Part shown: positions 56,425 to 64,000 of the stretch, one piece after another
Layout: each line of letters begins with the position of its first letter
Numbering within the stretch: the first letter of the stretch is position 1
Source: an uncultured Gemmatimonadales bacterium
GTDB lineage: Bacteria; Gemmatimonadota; Gemmatimonadetes; Gemmatimonadales; GWC2-71-9
Assembly: GCA_963842945.1 (NCBI GenBank)
Contig: CAWJIM010000020.1
Span: forward strand, 96,001 to 160,000
Length of the DNA stretch: 64,000 nt
Direction of reading: 5' to 3'
The notes under the pieces: model-generated
Told to the model about the DNA's origin: nothing
The model's input: the letters and a program-made list of their open reading frames with translations, nothing else
Databases searched by the model: none
Position numbers and translations under genes: made by a program

Positions 56425-57955
56425 ATGAGCGACTCATTGCTATCTACCCTGCTTCGCTACGCGATGTTCTCGGGCATCCTCCTGCTCGCCTCGGCATTCT
56501 GCATCCGTGGGATTGCACTGTTTCTGACCTACACCAGGGTTGCCGCTCTACTATTCATTGTTGTGATCCTCTCAAACGTTAATCCGGGCGACTTTGGCTA
56601 TCTGGAAGAATCTGGTCCCAGCGTCTACATCAAGGGGGTCAGTGTATTTTTTTTCCCGCTCTTTCAGTACTACCTGTATGGTTTGTTTCTGGCCACCCTT
56701 TCCAAAACAGCCTTGCAGGTCGGATTGTGATGAAGGGGTCGGGAGGAGGGTGGATGTGGCCTTTGCCGCACTGTTCGCCGGCCACGTGGGTTACGGCCTT
56801 ACCACGGGGGTGCCCCTGGACCTGCTATTCTCGAACAAGGGGCTCGCCAACGTTCTGCATATGAGCATGATCGCCTATGTTGTAGTGAGTGCGTTGCGCG
56901 ACGAACAAGCCCTAGCGGTAGCTACCAGAACGTTCTTAGGCATCGCCGTGTTGAGGGGATGCTATGGGTTGGTGCGCTTCCTGTTCGCCGGCGGCGATCC
57001 CCAGAATGCCTATCGCGACCTTGGCTTGAAGCTCACATTCTTCGATGTCAGCGAAGGGGTAATCGCTTCGTTGGTGGTGTATTATTGCGCCGGGAGACTG
57101 CTTCGTGGCTGGAGTACTTTGTCGGCCGTAAGCCGTGCCTTTTTCGCGGGGGCAATTACTGTTGAATTGCTGGTGATCCTGTTGTCTTATCGTCGGACGA
57201 GTTGGTATGGAGTGGTATTGGCTACAGTCTATTTCGTCTGGCTGCTCCCAAGGGACAAGCGTGCGATCACAGCCGTGCTAGTGGTGCTGCCGATGGTCTT
57301 GGCGGTGATCTACCTCAATATGGCACGATACCAGAGCGTCGAACAGACCAATCAGTCGCCGCTCGAGCGGGTTGCCCCTGACGTTGGCACCAACAGCGAC
57401 ATCAGATCCCCTTCCAACCGGTTCTACGAGCTGTACCGCGCCTTCGAAACGGTGCGGCAGCATCCGTTGCTCGGTGCCGGAGCTTGGGGGGAATTTGAAG
57501 TTGGCACAAACGAGGCGGTTCTCCAATACCACCAAGGCGATTTCGGCTTCGTTCATTCCGGTTTGGGGCACATTCTGCTGAAATCCGGGCTGGTCGGCCT
57601 GGTGCTCTTTTGCGGCATAGTCATTTCCGCGTGGCGGTTCGCGGCGCTGGCAAGGACTCATCTGGCGGACAGACACCTGGCATTATTTAATAGCTCCCGA
57701 GCCGGACTAGTATTCATGGTACCCGGAATGCTTTTTGGAACTCCAATAGTCGAGATCAGGCCGATGCTACTGCTGGGCGTGATACTGGCTGTGCCAATCG
57801 CCATTTCCAGGGTCGCGAGGTCACAGGAGGTGCAGTCCGCAAGCAGGCCTGAACGCGCGATGGCACGTGCGGTGTCTCCGTTCAAGCCGCCAGGACCGCA
57901 CACCGCACGTAGGCAGCCGGCGATGAGCCCGAAGTCTAAGCCGTCATCATCCTAA
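56425..57955 (+). CDS. O-antigen ligase / Wzy polymerase family membrane protein, frameshift near 56710-56735
   Basis: Multi-TM, LSYRRT.W, R...L..A......P.LG.G.G, HSG...ILLK.GLVGL. The N-terminal part is in ORF 56377..56730. Confidence 0.8.
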
Positions 57956-58517
57956 GCTCGGCCTGGGCCAGGGTATGAACCGTCGAACGGCAGCATTTTC
58001 CCTTGCTTTGTCGTGCTGGTCTGGCGGTCGGCCTCGCTCTGGCGGAAGTCTCGTTGAGGACCGTGCTTTCAAGACGGGGACTTTCTCGAGCACCCGACGT
58101 TTACCGAGCGCGACACTCTCCTCGGGGGCCGGGTAAAAGCGAACCATCTAGTACGATACCCAGCCAGGAACGCGGATGGAGAGGTAACCACCAAAGCAGT
58201 CACCATCAGGGCAGACGTACCCACGTTGCTAGGCAAGGCGCTTGATGCATTTCTACAATCTCCCAAGTAGTTGGCCCATGGCATTCGTGTCCAGCAAATC
58301 ACGCGCCTCTTCGCCTTCAAACCGAGCCGAATCAATCATCTGGCCGTGTTCACCCAGGACGTCATGCGCGGGCCTTCACCCTTGCCGCCCGGGCTGCGTG
58401 TATCGTCCGTCTGACATCGCTTCGAAGCGCGGCCTGATCCGAACCGCGCAAGAGTCGAGCTTGGGCGGACGCGAGTGTCAAAATGCCCGATCGCGAGGAT
58501 GCTGACCAAGGGTTTGT

Positions 58518-59450
58518 ATGAGAGTGATCAATCGCCTCAAGTCACTGGTTGGGCTACCAGCGGTGTTGGCCCGTATTACCCGGGAAACTGAAGATGTGAA
58601 GTATTTGCTAGGCGTCCATATCATCGCAGGCCGGCGTCCCGCGCCAGTGACCGACTTATCTCAGGTTGAGTTCGGTGTGTACTCGCAGTGGGGCGAGGAC
58701 GGCGTTATCGAGTATCTTGTCTCCTCCCTTGAAAATATCCCTGACACTTTCATCGAGTTCGGCGTCGAGGACTACCGCGAATCCAACACTCGCTTCCTTC
58801 TCCTACACCGAAACTGGAAGGGCCTCGTTATGGACGGCAGCGGGGAGCGGATCAGCTATATCCAGCGCGACCGGATCTCGTGGCGGCACGAACTCGAGGC
58901 GAAGCAACTCTTCGTCACGGCAGAAAATATCAACGCCGCCATCCGTGGTAGCGGGATGAGGGGAGAGATCGGTCTTCTCTCGATCGATATCGATGGCAAC
59001 GATTACTGGATATGGAAGGCGATCGATGTTGTCTCGCCGTGGATCGTGGTGGTTGAATACAACTCGGTATTCGGTGCAACTCGTGCGGTCACCATTCCCT
59101 ACGATCCCAGTTTCCAGCGCCGCAAGTATCATTTCTCGCAGCTGTGTTTCGGTGCATCGCTCGCGGCATTGAAGGGCTTGGCCCGCGAAAAGGGGTACGT
59201 GTTCATCGGTACGACCTCGGCGGGCATCAATGCCTTCTTTGTAAGGCAAGACGTAATGACCGATGCCTTAAGTCAGCTCGCCGGTCACGCTCATTTCACG
59301 GCTAGCAGAGTTCGGGAGTCGCGGGACAGGGAAGGCAAACTCACTCATCTCGCGGGTGACGCACGCCTGGCCGCGATCAAGGATTGCATCGTTTACGATT
59401 GCCATGACCGGAAGACGCGGCCGCTCTCCCAAATACCGGAGCAGAGGTGA
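58518..59450 (+). CDS. Conserved hypothetical protein, FkbM-like methyltransferase fold
   Basis: VYSQWGEDG.I.YL, FIEFGV, ESNTRFL, LLSIDIDGNDYW.W, EYNS.FG, GASL.AL..L...KGY, NAFFVR. Confidence 0.8.
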   Translation: MRVINRLKSLVGLPAVLARITRETEDVKYLLGVHIIAGRRPAPVTDLSQVEFGVYSQWGEDGVIEYLVSSLENIPDTFIEFGVEDYRESNTRFLLLHRNWKGLVMDGSGERISYIQRDRISWRHELEAKQLFVTAENINAAIRGSGMRGEIGLLSIDIDGNDYWIWKAIDVVSPWIVVVEYNSVFGATRAVTIPYDPSFQRRKYHFSQLCFGASLAALKGLAREKGYVFIGTTSAGINAFFVRQDVMTDALSQLAGHAHFTASRVRESRDREGKLTHLAGDARLAAIKDCIVYDCHDRKTRPLSQIPEQR

Positions 59451-59958
59451 AGTCGTCAATTGGGGTTCAAAAAACTCTTGCAGGCCGGCAATCTTCAACA
59501 TGATAGCTATTCATCAGAATCTTTCGTACAAATTGACCACGCCCTTCTTCTGATCCCTCTTGATGCAAGGCATCGCTTGTAAACTACTGTTCCGATCTCC
59601 ACGTTGGTTTCGCTCTGAGATGCCGGTAAAGTAGCGGTTGACGGCGCATAACCGACCGGCATACCGCAGTCGAGCTAAGAAGGATGGCCGACAGACTATG
59701 AAGGTGTCACGAGCGCGACGCTCGCTGGTTGCCCGTTATGAGGTCGGCGAGCGCGCGATTAATCGCCGGACGGTGAGCGGTCGGAGGATATGGGAAGTGC
59801 CGGCCTCCCTGTGGGCTCGCATATCCAAACTGGGCTGCAAAATTCTTCATGGATGCGTTAATCGAGAAGCGACGCGTGCTCGACGAACATCTTGCCCTCG
59901 GGCGGTCGGCACACGAAAAGGCAGGGTCGAATCGGAAGGCAATAGCACAGCTCGCACA

Positions 59959-60357
59959 ATTAGCCACCTCGTATTCCTGGCCTAAATTCAGTCTTACCCC
60001 TAGTCTCACCCACACTCCATCACGTGGCTCGAAGACCAGCAGGCCGAGCGGGGCGACCGGTACATCTCCAGAATGGCGCGATGCGGTGAGTAGCAGTGAT
60101 GAAGACCCCTATGAACGATGCGGAAGTCGAACTCATTTTCTCCAAGCGTATGTGCTCTGCATCCTGAAAACTCCATCCGAAAGGGGCGAAGTCATGCTCC
60201 TCGATGCGAGTATTCAGGTTGGAGATGCGACCTTCGAAAAGCGCAGCCCTCCAGCACATTGCGGTCGAGCGGTCCTCCGGAGCAAGATTCGCATATCAGG
60301 GCTCAAGACACGCCTCTTCAGCGGGCCGGGGATCGTATTGGTGTAGAAGTCCGCCAT
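59959..60357 (-). pseudogene. Truncated, frameshifted class I SAM methyltransferase
   Basis: Pieced across frames: MADFYT..., MRILL, DRNVL, ISNLNTR..FAPF.WSFQDAE, FDF.IVH.GLHHCYSPHRAILEMYR, LLVFEP, RLGVRLNLGQEYEVA. Similarity is lost after that point. Confidence 0.7.
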
Positions 60358-60363
60358 TGCGGC

Positions 60364-61562
60364 TTAGCTGGTCCTGGCCAGGGGGGGCATCTTGACGCGG
60401 TGTGTCCTTTCGAGCGTGCTCCGATAGACATCCGCTAGCTGCCGATATCCCACCTCCGGAGCATAGCGCGCTTCAAATACTTGTCTGGCACGGCGACCCA
60501 TAGCAGCTAGCTGTTCTGGGCTGTCGATGGTCCATTGCAGAGTCTTGAGCCAACTCGCTGTATCACTCGGTGGCACCAGTACTCCAGAGGTCCCGTCCTG
60601 CAGGATCTCGGGCAGTGAGCCCAGCCGGCTTGCAACTACCGGGAGTCCTGTGGCCATGGCCTCGAGCAAAACCATCGGGAATCCCTCGTACCACTCAGTC
60701 AGAAACACAAGAAATCTGGCGTCTTTCATAGCTGCAAGTACCTGTTCACGGGTCTGCTGGCCCAGCCATTGTATGTTTGGGGTCCTGGCAGCGGCGAGCT
60801 TCTCGAGTGGACCGCTGCCCATCACGCGCAAGGTCATACCGGGAGCCAGCTCACTCCAGATTCGCACGAGCGCCGCGATCCCTTTCTCGGCACTCAGTCT
60901 CCCCACGAACAGAGCGAAATCGCCTTGGTGTGTGCCGGGTCCAGGATCCTGCTGCAGGAAATTCGGTTTGACCACAACGCGGTCGGCGGGCAGGCCTCCA
61001 GCCACGAACTTGGCACGGGCGAAGTTCTCAGCGCGATGTAGGTATCGACTGCGGTCGCCAGGTGCCGAGTAAGCGATGAACACTCAACATGGCAGCTACC
61101 ACCGCACTCGCCTCACGACTCTGCCGGTAGCAGCGATGGAGCACGCCGGGCCATGCCACGGACCGGCCCAGACCGCTTCGCACTGGTGTCCTTTCCGGAG
61201 AAACAATCCATTGAGACAGAGGAGCCGGAAGTTGTGCAGTGTCTGCACCACCGGAAGATACCGAGCCGCCGCGCTGCGGTGTACGCCGCAGGGGACACCA
61301 ACGGGAACGTATTATGACAATGGACAAGGTCCGGCCTGAACTCCTGCAGGAGGTTGGTCAACTCCTGATAGACCTGACGATTCCAGACCGTAGATTCGGC
61401 CAGTCCCAGTTTACCCATAGAGGCAACCCGGCTGTTGTGCATAGTATAGACACGCACAACCTCACCATGAGCTTGCAGGATTTCCCTCTCAGCGGCAAAC
61501 ACCTGGTCTTCGCCGCCGGGCTGCAAGTAATAGTTATGGACGAGAAGAATTTTCACAGTCAT
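60364..61562 (-). CDS. Glycosyltransferase family 4, frameshifted
   Basis: ILLVHNYY.QPGGED.VF, HNTFPL.SP, LFVGRLS.EKG, WYEGFPMV..EA.A.G.PV. Confidence 0.9.
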
Positions 61563-61849
61563 CTCGCAAAATCGCGTCCAGACGATGATGTCTCGTATGT
61601 CCTCCAATTTGCCCGAGCCGCGTAAATCCAGTGAGCTGCAGTGCGTTAAGGCCGCTCAGGTCGTCACCAAAGTCGCTCGAACGTGCTCTTTCAGCAGACC
61701 GGCTTCAGAGGCCATCTTGTATCAGGAGAGAAAAACCGGAGGGAGGCCAGACCATCGCGACGATGTGACGAGCATCATTCATTCGGCATTACTCCAAGCG
61801 GGTAAATAATCGTCATTAGCTTCCCTCAACCCTCGGTCCAGTTCTCGGA

Positions 61850-62933
61850 CTAGAATGTTCGCCACTTCATCGATCCGCCGGAGTCGTGTGAGATCAGGGG
61901 GAGGGAGCTGCCCGGCGAGGGCGTCTTTCGGCTTTGGTCCAAGTCAGCCGGGTCGAGTGGGTCGAAAATGCTATTCATAGGTACCAGCTCCTTGGCGCAT
62001 CCCGCATAGACAGAGGACCAGGGCGGGCAGCCAGACCAGAGCGCCTCATTCACCACCAAACCCCAAACGTCCTCAAGAGTGGGGAACACCAGGATGTCTC
62101 CACTACGGTACACCGCCGGCATATTCTTCGAATCCCCGGCCGGCAGGAATCACGTTTTGCAGTCTCAGCTCCTCAGCTCTCTGCTGTAGGGGAAGCTTCT
62201 CAGGACCGTCGCCGACCACAAGGAGGGAGAAAGCCAAACCTTCCGCCTGCAATCGGCTCGCCGCCTGAAGCAAAGATTACCCCCTTCCTTGGTATCAGCT
62301 GGCCAACGCAGAGGAGCACCGGTTTGATCTGGAGTTGGATCGCCGGGGATACGATCTCCGTGTACTCCCTTTCGAGAACGCAATTCTGGAGCTCCACAAC
62401 GGCCTGCTTTGACACCCCCAGGGATGAGATGCTCGGTCGAGCTCCCCCGGTCAGCTGAACCAGCGCCGCACCCGAGGTATGAAGTGACGCCGGAAGATCC
62501 GCTTGATTCTCCCAATTCCACGCTCGGTGTGGCGAGTGCCACCCCACCACACCCATACCGGGCACCCGAACATACTGCCGTAAACGAGAGCTACCAGGCT
62601 ACGGAAGCCCATTTCGTTCGTGATTATCGCGTCAGGCCGGACCCGGATTAGATCCGTGAAAAAACCGGGATTCAGGTGCAGGTATCCGGTGTCCAGAGCG
62701 GCCCCACGATCTCGCTTGCTCCACCTAAAGGTGAACCCGGTCGCCCGCTTGACCTTGAAGCTGTAGTGCTGGTGTGTGAGATGGTTCCACTGATCCCGGT
62801 TGCTCTCCTCACCCGAGTACAAGACGGTCACCTCGTAATGCTCGGCGAGCCGCTGGAAAACCGGTACCCGATAGGGCGCGAGCACGTTGGTGAGAATCGC
62901 CAGCTTTGCTCGTCTAGGATCGGAGCTACTCAC
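61850..62933 (-). CDS. Glycosyltransferase family 4, frameshifted
   Basis: TN..APYR.PVF, LCVGQLIPRKG, VFPTLEDVWGLVVNEA. Confidence 0.88.
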
Positions 62934-63330
62934 AGGGCATGCCGGTAAGGGGCTTTGATGAATGTTCCCGAGGTCTAGCCACAGGTCCGGGCCTTCAATC
63001 CGTAAGCACCAGGCGAGTGGTCACTGTTCTTGGTCGGTGGGAACCCTGGCCTAAAAGGCAATGGTCGTATCCGCGTTCTGAGAGAGCGAAGCGTCCGTCG
63101 GAGATCGCCATTTCGTGTTGAACGATGTCCGCCTTACTGGCGAAACGTTGCGCGACCACTTCGCAAGCAAATACCATCGTGGGTGACAGCCTTTGAGGGC
63201 TGGAGGGCACAAGCCGGCCTGGCCGCGAAGGACGCGGCTCGGCCAGCACGCCTTTTACATCTCCTCTGTGGCCCCAAACCCTCACGCCAAGAGCAATGCA
63301 TTGTCAGGCGACCTTCTGGCACGTGCTCGG

Positions 63331-64000
63331 TCAACCAATGCTGTCATTCCTCGAAGAACCCTTAATGACAACCCGACCATCATGTTGCCCAGTCCCGGAA
63401 GGAGTGACAGTAAGCCGTACGCCGACTTTGCAACTCACAGGCTCATCTGCTTTGGGAATCTTCTTGCGAAGCCGGATATCGTCGTATTGTGATCCCACAA
63501 CCGCATCGCCCTTATGTGACAGGGGGATTCCAGATGATAGCTTCTTGCGGATTGCTCGAGAATGGTCTGATTCCACCTGAACACGTAGTTGACTTCCTCG
63601 CCGTGCCGTTCCCACGTGGTTCCGAACGATCTTGCCACGATACCTGTGTGAGGCTCAATGAGAACAATAGCTTTTCGTGATACTCTGCAGCATTTCGGTG
63701 TAGCCAAGCACAGGCCGCGGGAGATGGTGGAGGCCGTCTTGGACCACCACTAGATCATAGGAGTTGTCGGGAAGATCCAAGTGCTCAGCGTTCAATTGAA
63801 TCGTTCTCAGGCGGGGATCAAAACGATGGCATAATCTGCAATGCGTTTTCAGAGAAATCACTGTTGGTTATGGAGACGAAGCCCTTATTCGCAAAGAAGG
63901 TCCTTTCGCCACCGACACCGCCGCAGATGATTAAGATATCCCAATGTATGATGTCAACTAAGGTAAGCTGCAGTTGTTGAAGAATATGGTTAAGGGCCTT
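63331..64000 (-). CDS. Class I SAM methyltransferase (5' end beyond window), frameshifted
   Basis: ILIICGG.G, ITNSDFS, LNAE.LDLPDNSYDLV.V.DGLHHLPRPVLG.TEM, RV.RKA...IEP. Confidence 0.8.

Noticed and set aside
56647..56654. T8 tract in the wzy-like gene as a phase-variation switch
   Set aside because: The frame reads sensibly through the tract (VFFFPLFQYYLYGLF). The break is about 60-80 nt downstream and resembles the other indels.

Overview
High-GC bacterial window; gene content and protein style suggest Gemmatimonadota, which is an inference. It has four parts. (1) 1-16 kb, housekeeping block: partial secG, carA, an HU/IHF protein, moaD-moaE-moaA, trmL, mdh, sdhCAB, a His-rich outer-membrane protein with a beta-propeller lipoprotein, two tandem M1 aminopeptidases and dcd. 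Three hairpin elements built from tandem 7-8-mers sit at gene junctions here. (2) 16-35.7 kb, one long minus-strand run: flp-cpaA-tadE-cpaB-cpaC-tadG-cpaE-cpaF-tadB-tadC, then DUF192, an AAA ATPase and a membrane protein. It continues into a translationally coupled amino-sugar module (GT-C-like membrane protein, nucleotidyltransferase, 4,6-dehydratase, DegT aminotransferase, acetyltransferase, GtrB/ArnC-like GT2) and a UDP-glucuronate decarboxylase. (3) 36-46 kb, a second envelope-modification module: GT-C-like protein, SAM methyltransferase, sulfatase-like protein, polyprenol-P GT2 and fused MFS/spermidine synthase. Nearby are a protein made of two tandem pilin-like head domains and a stand-alone subtilase-propeptide-like protein. 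(4) 46.5-64 kb, a Wzx/Wzy exopolysaccharide locus, with a convergent GT4/methyltransferase cluster. Many genes at 12.9, 16-47 and 56-64 kb carry indels that look like long-read sequencing errors, so their boundaries are approximate. The best candidate for an undescribed system is a Tad pilus locus flanked by, and co-transcribed with, lipid-linked-monosaccharide (GT2 + GT-C) glycosylation machinery. A shared 19-nt leader motif precedes flp and cpaB.
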